Source: the human T2T-CHM13v2.0 reference genome, Homo sapiens
Assembly: GCF_009914755.1 (NCBI RefSeq)
Contig: NC_060937.1
Length of the DNA: 64,000 nucleotides
Reading direction: 5' to 3' (one strand)
Positions 12,525 through 25,299 of this stretch are shown one piece after another. The translations under genes were made by a program, and so were the position numbers. Each line of letters starts with the position of its first letter. Positions within the stretch are counted from its first letter, which is position 1. A model generated the notes under the pieces. That model was not told the DNA's origin. It made no database searches and saw only the letters and a program-made list of their open reading frames with translations.

Positions 12525-13294
12525 GAATCTTAGATCTAAAAAGCAAAAGACATTTTAAAAAGTTTAGAGCAAGTTTTGCCCCCAAAATAGCAAATAGAAT
12601 AAAGAGAAACAGGATTGGCAGTGGAAAGATAAAATCTTCCAAGAAACCTTTAATTCTTCTTGATTCAGCTCTGGAATATATTTATCCTTTGCATGATGCT
12701 CAAAGTTGTAGAAATGGAAAACCTGACTGAAAGATTTACTAGTAATTTAGTCACCAAAGGTACTTAGTCCAGTTAAAAAAAAAAAACCAGTAAAATACCA
12801 GAAATTCCTCTATGTTAACCTTCCAGAATACTAAGTAGGTTCTAGTGGAAAATCTTGAATCAAATGCTTGTAAGTTTTAATATAAGCTCAAAATCATTGC
12901 AACCCACTCTCATTTTCTGAGAAGGAAGGAAAAGAATCAAAACCATGATTTTGGAAAAATGACAATTGGATGTAGGAATATGTAGAATTATATATAAAAA
13001 TTATATAATTTTTGCTCATGACTTCTTTGAAAATAAAAAATGCACTTACCAATATATTTAACATAGAATTTCAAAGGATCCAAAGACCCATATTTGTGAA
13101 ACCCATAAAAGTCCATAAACCTCAGATAAAAAAATCCCTGTTGCAGATGGAAATACCAGCTGCATGGGGGCTCATGGGAAGACCACTGAAATTCTACAGA
13201 CACATGGTACCTTTCCTAGTCAAAGACCCAACTGTGATGACATAGTTATTGGAAATGCTTTGAATGCAGTAAATTTACTTTGAGTCAATATAAG

Positions 13295-14186
13295 TGCAGC
13301 AGACAGACTAATGCCCCACCCCGCCACAAAGATGTCCACATCCTAACCCCTGGAACTTGTTCATATGCTCTTACATGGCAAAGGAGGATTAAGGTTACAG
13401 AGAGAATTCAAGTTACTAATCAGTTGACTTTGAGATAAAGATATTATCCTGGATTATTTGAGTAGATCAAATGTAATCACAAGGGTTCTTATAAGTGAAA
13501 GATGGAGGCAAGAGTGTCAGTCAGAGTGATGCAATGTGAAAAAGAATGGACTGGCCATTGCTGGCTTTGAAGATGAAAGAAAATCACAAGTCAAGGAATG
13601 CAGGTGGCCTCCAGAATCTGGGAGAGGTAAGGAAATGAAATCCCCCATCAAGCCTCCAATGAGAATATAGCCCTGCCAACATCTTCACTGTATCAGTCCA
13701 TTCTTACACTGCTATGAAGGAATACCTGAGACTGCGTAATTCATAAAGGAAAGGGGTTCAATTGACTCACTGTTCTGCAGGGCTGGGGAGGCCTCAGAAA
13801 ACACAATCATGGCAGAAGAGGAAGCAAACACATCCTTCTTTACGTAGCAGCAGGAAAGGGGAGAATGAGTGAAGGGAAGGAAAGCCCCTTATAAAACTAT
13901 CAGATCTCATGAGAACTCACTCACTGTCACAAGAACAGCATGAGGGTAACTGCCCCCATGATTCAATCACCTCCCATCAGGTTCCTCCCACGACACATAA
14001 GGATTATGAGAACTACAATTCAAAATGAGATTTGGGTGGGGACATAGCCAAACCACATCATTCACTTAAGCTTAGTGAGATCCATTTCAGACTTCTCCCC
14101 TTCAGAACTGTAAGATCATAAATTTGTGTTGTTTTATGCCAATAGTTTGTGGTAATTTCTTACGGCAGCAAGAGGAAACTAATACA
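13295..14186 (+). mobile_element. MLT1D-type MaLR LTR, split by a THE1 LTR
   Basis: aaagatgtccacatcctaacccctggaac...gattatcctggattat...gccctgccaacatcttcac [THE1] ...cagaactgtaagat.ataaatttgtgttgtttta...ggaaactaataca. Confidence 0.88.
13689..14060 (-). mobile_element. THE1 (B/C/D-like) solo LTR nested in MLT1D
   Basis: tgtatcagtccatt...gagatttgggtggggacatagccaaaccacatca, with the 5-bp TSD ttcac (13684-13688, 14061-14065). Confidence 0.93.
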
Positions 14187-17100
14187 ATAGGCAAGAAGAA
14201 CAGAAGTAGAAAGTTGTCCTTTTTCTGCTAGCCTGGCAAGCCAGAGGGATTGGTATACTGAGCAGAGCAGCTCAACATTCCAGAACTATAGGAGGTTTTG
14301 ATCTGAAACCTGTTCCTCATAAAGAAAAAGTACAAAATAAGTCAATAAGGAAATAAATATATCCAAGATAAATTGATAACACTTTGATAAGCACTTATTA
14401 TGCATTCACAGGCTGCAATTCAAGGAAAAGCATGCAAGATCAATGTAGGTGGGTAAGTCCCTCCCTGAAATCCAGAAAGAAGGCTTGGCCTGAAAGCGTC
14501 TTTTTGATGGCAGAAAAGAAAATGCATCTTTAGCTACAGTCTTTCACAAATCCATACATCAACTGATTTTCTATCAAAAAAATAGTTCTATAGGTATGAC
14601 TATAGTTACAATCAGAACAGCTGGCCTTACAAAAGAATGTATTTCTCATAAACTAAGATAAAAATCCTAGAAGTGTTTTCTGTATCACTCAGCTCATTTT
14701 TCTTCACACATTAGTCTCCGTACCCTTCCTTTATCTTTGCAAAACTCAACTTGACATTGGTACCTACATCAGTAAGTACTAATAAGCAAGCAAAAACATA
14801 TTTCTTTCCCAAAAATCCATAGACAAACATTCAGTGTCAAGGACAGATTTTTTTTTTCCTATAAGTTTTGAGGACCACCTACAACAGCCATGACAGCTGT
14901 GCTAATCGAAAAAGCAAACGAGGCCACAAAGGACTGTTCTTTGACCATGTAATCAATTTTCCACTCAATGCATTGTTCATTCTTGGAGACTTTAATGCCA
15001 GAATTGATTTTAACAGCCATTATAGAAATACTTAAGTCAAAGGGCTTGCAACCTTTTTTAGCATGACCAATGGAATTTTTAAAATAGATATGTGAATAAA
15101 TCATTGAGTATGATTCATATACTCTTTTAAAAAGGTTCTTTGAGTCACTGTCCAGACACATTCTTTACAAGTAGTCAAGTGGACTAAGTAAAATCCCATA
15201 CTGAGAAATAGTGCATTAGCTCCATTTATGCTTATAAAATTATGTTTGAAACCATTTTCAAACCATTTGTATACCATTTTCAGCAGCTCCCAGAAAAGCC
15301 AATAGATAATCAGGTAGCATATAATAGATGACCACTATTCAACATGAAACCTGAAGGAGTCGAGTAAGCAGTCATGATGACAAAAGTGTGACGTCAATTT
15401 GTAGTCAAGACAGATATTGAAGACCCCAGAAATGAAGAGAGATAATAAAGAGATAGCTAATTGCTGCTCAAGGTTACTAGGTTAGAAGTTGCTCCACATG
15501 AAATAAAATGTTGATAGAATTAGTTAAATTCCTATATGTATTTCTCAAAAATTCAAAGAACAAGATAAACTAAAATCCTTTGCTTATTCATATATTTTTT
15601 GATAAGAGTTACTTGGGGCATTCCATGTCTGGAAACAGAAATGCACATAAAATGAAGTCTAAGCCATAATTAACATAAAGAACAAGCAATCTATTTAAAA
15701 AGGATGCAGATTTACAGATATTTAATGTGTGGAAGCTTTTCATAACTGATAGTAGAGCTTTAGTTTGTACTACCATAGTAGATAAATTTCTGATAAACTA
15801 GTATCTGTTTAAATCATAACAAAAATGGGATTGCCCAATAAGAAATTGTCCACAATTTTATAATTAGATTGAGTTTATGTTTGACTGAACTAGTATAGAA
15901 TCCAAGTCACTGGATTGGAAGATTGATAGGTAAATGTCATTATTAGATTCCCCCCTCAATCTTACTATCTTACATTCACCCGCTTCCAAAAGACTTTAGA
16001 TTCCCCACTCTGAAGCACATCTAGGCTCAAACATTTTCATCATAGGGCGTATGCCTGGAGTTTAACAAGTAATTATTGTTCATTGAGTGAATAGTGTTGT
16101 TACAGTATAACCAGGCATCCATCAGAATTCTCAGCACCATACCTATTCTTAAGGATGTGTCCTATGTGTCATAGGGTGCACTAGTGACACAGATACGACA
16201 TCCACATTAGCATTCAACATTTATCTAGAGTTCTGCATGCACCATAAAGCAGAGCTTTAATTCCATTTTAGGTTTTAACTAGGAATAAAGAAAGTAGGCA
16301 AAAGATGATGTCTTTCCTCATCTTTGTTCAGTGTCAACACTGAGCACCATTGATTCTTCTTGAAGCTGAATATGCCTTCTTTTCATGTTTCCTCTTCAAT
16401 AAAAACAAGACAGAAAAGGTTCTCAATATAAAATAATTTCAGTTTAATTCCAGAGAAACGTAGAGTTAAACTCGCTAAAATGTTCATTCTTAACATCCCA
16501 TGGCAGGGGGGCAGACAAAACAGTATATTTATTGATTTAACAGTCAATAAAAAGTCACACTTTGAATGTAACTAACATCTGATATTCTGAAAGTTACTGA
16601 TATTAAAGGTGCATTAAAAGTCATTCATAGAAGATAATGAGTGAAAATTTCAGGGAAGGATATAGTTTGAATTTTCTCTTTGAAGATGGAGAGAATAAGT
16701 CAGCTTGACTGATAATATGAGGTGATTTCACATCAAGAAAAAGATCTATTAGAGCATGCATTAAAAATGGCATCACACCTCTCCACAGGGCCCTGAATGA
16801 CACAGGAAGCAATTGCAAACTCAAAACTTTCAGTACTCTTCAGGGAGTTTATTTGGTAATTTGTAATCTTATTTCTGATTCTGTAAACAAAAGACAGTCA
16901 AAAGCAGCCTAATCTTCTTTTGGGACAGCGTGGCCTTCAAAAATCAAACACACAGTCTTCTTATGCAATATTCCCTTTGTACTCTGATTGTCATCTTCCC
17001 CCTTAAGGGCAAAGTGTACTTTGACTTCATCTGCAGAATACTAAATATGGATTTAGCCACATACATATTAACATCATTTCTAAAACTACTAGATCACTGA

Positions 17101-17367
17101 AGTATCTAAATGTCAATGATGCACATTTCTGCATTGGGTAATCATATGTTGGGTGGAATGGGCTGTGTATACCTGTTCTTGTGTCACCTTGAAAATGATT
17201 TGTAAAAATGATTTGACCTATATTTTAAGAGCCTTAATAAATACTAGACAGTTTAGGGTTATGTGTATGGAGAATATTCAGAGGAGCTATCAACACGGTT
17301 CTCAAAAAGTCTTCATCAGACAGGTGATTAAGACTTAAATGCCTGATTTCTAAATATATTTAATTTC

Positions 17368-17671
17368 TTTTTTCTTTTCTGAGATAAACTCTGGCTCTGT
17401 CACCCCAGCTGGAGTGCAGTGGTATGATCACAGCTTGGCTCACTGCAGCTTCAACCTCCTGGGCTGGTGATCCTCCCACCTCAGCTTCCAGAGTAGCTGG
17501 GACTATAGACGTACACAAATACACCCAGCTACATTTTGTAATTTTTTTGTAGAGATAGGGTTCACCATGTTGGACAGACTGATCTCGAACTCCTGGGCTC
17601 TAGTGATTCACCTGCCTCGGCCTCCCAAAGTGCTAGGACTATAGGTATGAGTCATCACGCCAGATCTAGCC
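17368..17671 (-). mobile_element. AluJ
   Basis: Antisense Alu with J-type diagnostics (ctcctgggct, gatcctcccacctcag). 17-bp TSD taaatatatttaatttc (17351-17367, 17672-17688). Confidence 0.93.
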
Positions 17672-18029
17672 TAAATATATTTAATTTCCAGACTCAAAAA
17701 TTTTGACAAAATATAATCATTAATGATGTATAAATCAAGTTTAGCTTTCTTAGCCTTTTCAATTAGTAGGTGAATGCCCACGTTGTCTGTCTTCTGACAA
17801 GCTTACCTAATTAGAGTGTTCCATGGGTTGATGAGGACAGAAGATAGAATAGTCAAACTACTCTTAGGAAATGGAGCACAATTAAAAATATAACAGCAAT
17901 TAACACTGACCCTTAATTTATACCTCAAATTTACTCTCCATACTTTCTGCCTTTAAACAGATTCCTACAGATAAAATTACTCCATTACAAACCTAACCTC
18001 CTTTGGTTAAAACTTTATGTTCAATAAAA

Positions 18030-18255
18030 ATTATTTTATGATGCTTTCTATAAGCACTTTCCATATACAATGTTTTAATATCACCAGTGTATTAGATGTC
18101 CACTATCATCATCATTGTTCTCATTGAAATTGAAGCACAGAGAGGTTCAGTAAATTGCCCACAATCTCACAGCCAGTAAGTGGGAAAGCTGCAATTCAAA
18201 TCCCATCAATGGAGATCCTGCGTCCATGCTCTTAACCACAATGCCTTGCTGCCTC
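18030..18255 (-). mobile_element. MIR SINE
   Basis: gaaattgaagcacagagaggttcagtaaattgcccacaatctcacagccagtaagtgg...gtccatgctcttaaccac. Confidence 0.85.
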
Positions 18256-19797
18256 AGAAAAATACAATCACATTCTTTCTTATACTGGCCAGTCTTTTCT
18301 TGTGTTTTTTCACTCATGGGTATGTAGGTTGTTTAAATATTAATTAATTTCCAAAGGAGACAGTACTAATTAAGCACCTCGTTCAAATTCCTTCCTCTTA
18401 TCTCAAAGTACTCTCTGCCACCAAGAACATCACCTCTCTCATTTCTTGCTCAATCAAGCATATCATAAACTTAAGCACATGTGATGTTTGTCCTGTATAA
18501 ATTTGACTTTAAAAAAAAAAACAATTACTGGTATTTAATTCATGAAAGATGAATAGAGACAAAGATATGTACTTTCCTGTCCTTGTAATTTGTGTTTTGG
18601 TTTGAGTATACAAAGAAATGAGAGATATTTGTTCCTTTTCTTTTTGGTGACTCTCACCTTGAAATGACCTCCTTTTATTAATTTTAAATTTTTATCTGGA
18701 ATTGAGAATTACCTCCTCCAACTTGGATTGAGCACAGCACAGGAGAAAGGAAGATATTCCCCCAAAGCTACCCCACAGCTGTATTATACCATTGTCAATA
18801 AGGGCCTCTTTATTTCTCTCCTTTCTGACCAGGATTGGCCCATCCTGGCAAAGGGCTAAGAAAAGGGGAAATGGTGAACTGTTAAACAGTCTTAGCTTTG
18901 GGCACACACACATGTGGAACAAAGTCAAAAGGGTCTCATCTTTAAATCAGCAATGAACAACACTCTATATGGCAAGTAACACAAAAATTCAATTGCTTTA
19001 GCAAACTGTTTAGGAAAACAAATGTCTTGCAAGTGGGGAAATGTGGATCCTCTGACCATAGCCAGTCACTCCACTTTTTTCCGTCCTTCTATTCTCACAA
19101 TGAACTTTCTCTTTCTTATACTTCATATCTTGTCAAACTTTTCCTTTTCTCCTTGTGCTTTTTCCTCCAGTCCATGAGATAGAAGGTGCACATAAAAGGC
19201 ATGTAGATCACTAGAGCAGGAAATTGACATATATTTTGTCATAGAAGTTAGTCCTAGTTAACATATTATTGAAAATATTACTGTAAAGAGCAGAGGAGCT
19301 GGGTGTGGCTTCAGGACCCTCAAGGAAGGAAGAGGATGCTCTACTTGCTGGGCCAGAGTCAAGGCAGGTAGAGGGAGCATTTCTCTCAGAGCAGAGGGGA
19401 GGGACTGATGGCAGAGGAATTTACCCATCCAGCCATCTGGGCATACTAACGGTATCTTGCACCATAGCACTGGGCCACCCAAATAGAACATCAGAAAAGG
19501 AGGGTGATCAGACTGAGTTGCTCAACACTGCTCGATCCCCAAACAGATACTCAGCTCTGCCTTTGGAGAACAACCTCTTGCACTACTCAGGATCCAGTGC
19601 TCATTTGTTCCAACCAGCAAAATTTGAGCCACACTGATAGAAAAAGAATATGTGACCCTTTATAAAATAATTGACTAAGGTTTGTTAAATTTTTCCAAGA
19701 AATATATTAAAAAGGAGTCCAAATTGGTCACATCTACTAAATAGAAGCTTCCAAAAGAAATCGATAAGCAGGACCATATTTTAAAAATTCAATTCCT

Positions 19798-19890
19798 ATT
19801 GAGTTTGTGGGCTCTTTTTTGGTTCCATGTGAAATTTAAAGTAGTTTTTTCCAATTCCGTGAAAAAAGTCAATGGTAGCTTGATGGGGAT
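19798..19890 (-). mobile_element. Isolated internal L1PA ORF2 fragment (~90 bp)
   Basis: gggctcttttttggttccat.tgaa.tttaaagtagttttttccaattc.gtgaa.aaagtca.tggtagcttgatggggat is near-consensus antisense L1PA ORF2. No 3' UTR or poly(A). Confidence 0.85.
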
Positions 19891-19963
19891 CACTTTGCAG
19901 CCTCAGTCTTTCCATGTAAAACGTTTTCTCACTATGAACCCCTTTAAAATCTATGTGCTTGGC

Positions 19964-20287
19964 GGCCGGGCACGGTGGCTCACGCCTGTAATCCCAGCAC
20001 TTTGGGAGGCTGAGGTGGGCGGATCACCAGGTCAGGAGATCGAGACCATCCTGGCTAACACGGTGAAACCCCCTCTCTACTAAAAATACAAAAAAATTAG
20101 CCAGGCATGGTGGCGGGCGCCTGTAGTCCCAGCTACTCTGGAGCCTGAGGCAGGAGAATGGCATGAACCCGAGAGGCGTAGCTTGTGCAGTGAGCCGAGA
20201 TCGCGCCACTGCACTCCAGCCTGGGCGACAGAGCGAGACTCCGTCTCAAAAAAAAAAACAAACAAAAACAAAAAACAAAAAAAAAAC
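19964..20287 (+). mobile_element. AluY
   Basis: Y diagnostics: gagatcgagaccatcctggctaacacggtg, ggcgggcgcctgtagtcccag, gagaatggc. CpG-rich with an A/AAAC tail. Imperfect TSD aaaatctatgtgcttggc / aaaacctatatgcttagc. Confidence 0.95.
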
Positions 20288-20580
20288 CTATATGCTTAGC
20301 ATGCTAGAGGAATGAAAGAACAGTTCTATTAATGAGCTGCAGGCACAGAAGGAATTTTAATAATAAAACATTACGATCCTTAAGTAAAGGCTTGTTACAG
20401 GAGAAAGTAAAGTATGTTTAACTGTTCTACTGTTTTCTAAAATTAATACATAAGTGATTTTGTTTATGGGATATCCTCTCTGAAATGCCTATAATATTTT
20501 GTGCTACTACTATTTCTTGCTTTTTGCTTCAATATATCCATTTTCTTATACATTAAGTTACTAGACAAAATTTAATATAC

Positions 20581-20628
20581 TTTTTCTTTTGAGAGAGTCT
20601 CACTCTGTCACCCAGGCTGGAGTGCAGT
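20581..20628 (-). mobile_element. Tiny Alu 3' fragment
   Basis: ttttcttttgagagagtctcactctgtcacccaggctggagtgcagt, then abrupt loss of homology. Confidence 0.85.
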
Positions 20629-21532
20629 TTACCTCCTAAATATTCAGGGAATAATCTTATAACATCTATCCTAACTACTTTATACAATGGAAAGTATATA
20701 AAAAGCATTAACAATTAAAAGCATCACAAATTTAAATTATAATCACAATATGAATTCTGATAAATTGTATTTGAATATAACATCATAGCTATGAGAATTA
20801 CAAATTACACAATCTTTCCTCTGAAAATACTATCTTTATTTTATAGAATAGTCAATTTAGGAAGTTATCTAATGCCATGGTAATATTTATTTTCTTCATT
20901 ATACTTTTCTAAATTGTTCAACTTTTATAAAGAATAAATGCTTTACTTAATTTTTAAAAATTAACATTACAAAACAACCAAACAAATTAATTCTTTGCAA
21001 TATCTCTGTTGCCTGCAGGAACTTCTGCAATAAAAATCCAAAATCACATTCAAAAAGGCCACCAGACTTCCATTTCTGACACTATAGTGGACTGGGTCAT
21101 ATTTATTTTTCCTCATGTATGATATAGTAACAATAGAAACTTCTGTCTCACTTTCGTCTTACTAAACTTGACAACAAAATTTCAACCAGATCCCCTGATC
21201 TTTAATTGCACAAGTACCTCTTCCTTTTCTATTGTTGCTTATTCTAAACAACAGGCTCTGTTTAACCTTCTCTGATTCTACGTTGTAAGAGAAAGGCCCC
21301 AGTTACTCACGACTAATATCATAGAACAGAATCCACATAAAACGGAATTGGTGTGTGGCTTGCCTCCGTTTCATGTATCTTTACATGTATTTCTCCAACA
21401 TAAGATTTCCAAAGAAAATGAAATTAGAAATTATCCCAAACTTGTAATTGCTTTACCATTTCCTATTATTCAAAATATTTGAAAATAAATATTTAGCAAA
21501 ACATTTTGATTATAACAAAATGATAAAAAACA

Positions 21533-21558
21533 ACACACACACACACACACACACACAC
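21533..21558. repeat. (CA)n microsatellite
   Basis: Directly visible. Confidence 0.95.
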
Positions 21559-23849
21559 AAAGAAATAGCTATCTATTGATTTCAGTCTTCATTTTGCTTT
21601 CTACTCTAATTTTCCATAGGGACCCATTTCCAAATCGCACTCTAAAAAGAGAGCAGGAAAACGTAGAGATATCTTTGTCTTAAATGAACAAATGACTAGA
21701 GGAATGAACAGTTCTGTTAACGAACTGCAGGCACAGAAAGCATTTTAAAAATAAAACATTTTGATCCTTTGCTCCTCTCTTCCTGGCAAATGCTTCTTTA
21801 GGTTCATCAATGGATTCTGACTTTCGTACTGTGTATACTTATCAAAATTGCAAAGGGATTTTTTCTGATGCAGACTGCCATCACATATCACTATCATTGA
21901 TGCTAGGGCTTATACAGGTAGTTGGCATCCAGAACAGCTTTCTACCTTTCCACTTCATCAAATCCCCATCATTGTCTAATCACACATGAGAGCATCCTTT
22001 TTCCATCTCAACTACTAATTTTTTCCTCTGCTCATATTTAATTCCAATATTATTTTAATTGAAATGTTGGCAGTTATAGCATGCATATAAAAAGCTATGC
22101 AAATGAAGCATTATTATATAGATAATACATGTGAATAGCCTTGCACTTGCTATGCAGCCAAACCAGATATGTATGTAAGGACACCCCATCCAAAAAGAAC
22201 TGGGAGTGTCCATGCTGCTTGCTGTTGATGGACATCTCCGCTCCGAAGGTTGCCTTTAGCTGTATAAACGAACATCGCTTGATGACAAAAAGGAGGTCGT
22301 TTTGATGATACACTCAAATATGCAAAAAGGAAGTGCTTGCAATACACCATTGCCCAAACCTCAGAACTCCTGTCTGAGAATGAAAGTATTTCACAGCACT
22401 ACCATCTGCTTTGTTATTGTGCTAAATCATTCCTGCCACTTTCTAATGGGTCAGTTAAAATTACTTTCATTTGTACCTAGCCAGCAAGTTCTAGCTCTTC
22501 TTTGCAAATGAGGCACCAGCTATTTGACCTCATAAGAACAGTGTTAGGTGAGTTTTTGAGCAGACAGTTTTCAAGTGTTAATGATAGAAGACCAAGATTT
22601 CTGATTGATCCTGAGTTTCATTTAGTGAAAATATATGTTTGTATAGGAATAGGAGGTCTTATCAAAGCTAAATTAAGTATTTCAACATAAATCTGCATTT
22701 GCTGTCTCAAAGTGTTAGAAATTCCTATCCCTTGACTTATATGGGTGCCATAAATTTTACTCTCGAAATGTACAGGTACTCTCTTTTTCATACAAATGAG
22801 GTCATTATTGATTACCCTAGGAAATGGACTTCAGAGAGTGTTCATTTAAACTCCATTCTCTTAGGAAAGTAATTTTCATAACAATAATAAAAATAAAAAT
22901 AAATATTTTAAATATAGGGTTATATGTTTCCTCTCATCATTGTTCCTTTCTGAAAGTCTCTTAAGCATGGCCTAATAGCTGGCTGTAGTTTAAAAAAAAA
23001 AAAAAATTAAGATGCCTTAGGTAAAAAAAAAATCAATTTTGGAAGTAGTAATATCAATTTCCTTGGCAGAGTTGCTGAAGAGTTTGTATTGACTGTGAAT
23101 CTAAGTTACTAAGAAAAATTAGTGATATTAGCAAATGGTTATACTATGCAAATCCCTATGATAGAGTAACAATGGCTCATTGTTCACAGAAGAGATGTGA
23201 AAAACATTTTTGAACAGTTTGAATTGATATGCATTGTCCCTTACTTTGAGATTTTGATTTGAAAAATCTTAGATTGACTTAAAATTTATTCAATCTCTTT
23301 ACCACTATCCTGAATTTCAATCATTTTTCTTCATTTATGAAAGAAGATAAAGAACTTAGACTAATAATTGCAACTAAAATAACATGTTCTTCCTTTTCAC
23401 TTACGATTTCCCTAACGGCATACTGATATTGGCTCAATCCAGTAAACTTCCTCTGAGGCCCTAATTCTTAGGACCCTTATGTTTGAGGCCCTGAGTTATG
23501 GAAGAACTTTGGTCTAATGGAAATAACTTGGCTTAGTATTATAATACATTAATTTACTTGTCCTCATCAGTGCACCTGCTGATGACAAATCTCTTTTTAT
23601 GCTGAGTTATCAACCTCCACCAGATGGACATATTTATTATTCTTTATCCTTTCTTGTTGTGCACTCTTCCAAAATTATTTTCATTTACTCTCTGAATTTC
23701 CAAAGTTTGTTGTCAACTCCTCCATGAGAGTATTCCTTTATGAATGCAAACATTATCTGGTGACCAGATATCTGGTGACCATTTGAGGATATCCTCTTTA
23801 AATCACTTCTAAAATGCCCATTGTTCTCTATTAGACCCCAATAAATCTG

Positions 23850-24525
23850 CTCTCTCCCACACAGAGGTTGATGTCAAAGCAAAACTGACCATACTACTTT
23901 ACTGCCTAAGCTCCTTCAGTGACTGACTCCTCGTTATACTTCAGGTGGAGCACTGAGCTCGTTACAATAAAATGTAAGGCCATTCAAAACATGACCTTCA
24001 ATTACTGTTGACTTACATTGTGCAATTATTAGGTCAGTGCAAAAGTAATGGCAGTTTTGCCATTAAAATTGCAAAGCCACTGTTACTTTTGCACCAACCT
24101 AATATTTCTTATTGCACTTTAATTTCCATGGCTGACTAATTGTGGACACTTCAAACTATGAGAACTCCAGGCTGTACCCTACATGCTGTTTTCTATACTT
24201 GGAGTGCCATCCCTGAACTCCACCCTCACCAACCACACCATGATTTTATGATTAACTTACATGGATGATCTTAATGATTCTATTTAAGGTTTACTGCTAT
24301 AGACAACTTTAACCAATTGGTCCCCACAAGGCACAGTTACTCACTCCACCCGTTGTAGTCTCACAGGAATGGATACAGATTGCCATTATGTTATTCATAA
24401 TGTTGACTGCAATTATTAAACATGTCTTTTTCTCATATTTTATTGCATTCTCTATTAAGTCATTTATCTATATTTCTCCAACAGCTAGCACAGTGTTTGG
24501 CATGGAATAGGCAGTCAATTGTTGG
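23850..24525 (+). mobile_element. L2 3' region, host of MADE1
   Basis: gctccttcagtgactg, catgctgttttctatacttggagtgcc and acagctagcacagtgtttggcatggaataggcagtcaat end motif. Confidence 0.6.
24029..24102. mobile_element. MADE1 (Hsmar1-derived mariner MITE)
   Basis: Palindromic ttaggtcagtgcaaaagtaat...ttacttttgcaccaacctaa flanked by TA on both sides. Confidence 0.95.
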
Positions 24526-25299
24526 TAGAGGGTAAAAATCTTGCATGCCAATATCATTTGCAGACTACAAATTCCACTGCCAAGTTATCTTTCCTTGTTC
24601 CTTTCTTCCTTCAGTCAACAGGTATGTATTTGGTAATGAAGAATATTTCTTTCTTCTATAATTGAGGTATATTTAACCACTTTATACCACTCCTACATTC
24701 CTTTTCCCATATCACTAATATTTAATCTATTGGTAACTTTTATGACTTTAAATAATATGCAGATAGCTTTACTTGTTTCATCAGATCATTTTCCTGACTT
24801 AATTCAGAGAACAATAAGGATGCCAAACCCTCTTTCTTTACCTGTAACTTTCCTTTTCTTCTTTCAATCCCAAATTCAGCCATGCTTGCTTTCCCTTTAA
24901 TAAGAGTAATGGCATTTATGTTCTGTACTGTAATGCATAATTATGTTTCTCAGCATTTCTTGTATAAAATGACAATGCTTCACTGTTATGACTGTGTGAA
25001 AATTATGTACTGAATAACCACTAGTGTAATATAATTACATTATGCACAGATTTATCATTTTGTTGGGTTTTCCTTAGGTTTTTTTCCGTGAAATTTTTTT
25101 CTTGTATTGCTTTCCTTTATTGCTTTCTTAAACCGTTTCAAAATCTCAAAAAAATATTGAATCTCTGAGATTCCCGCTTCATCCCAGAAACTCGTCTTCC
25201 AGAACCTCCTCCCGAGTCCCGTTCTCATCTAGACTCGTTGCTCTCCAGATCTGCTGCACCACTGATACCTTGGGTCAATTCTTCCACAGTCTCTGGATT

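Noticed and set aside
14859-15161. 100-aa minus-strand ORF
   Set aside because: No recognisable domain, promoter or exon structure. The length is expected by chance in 64 kb.
19799-20271. ORFs containing [20 protein letters not shown] / [17 protein letters not shown]
   Set aside because: Classic Alu and L1 translation artefacts.
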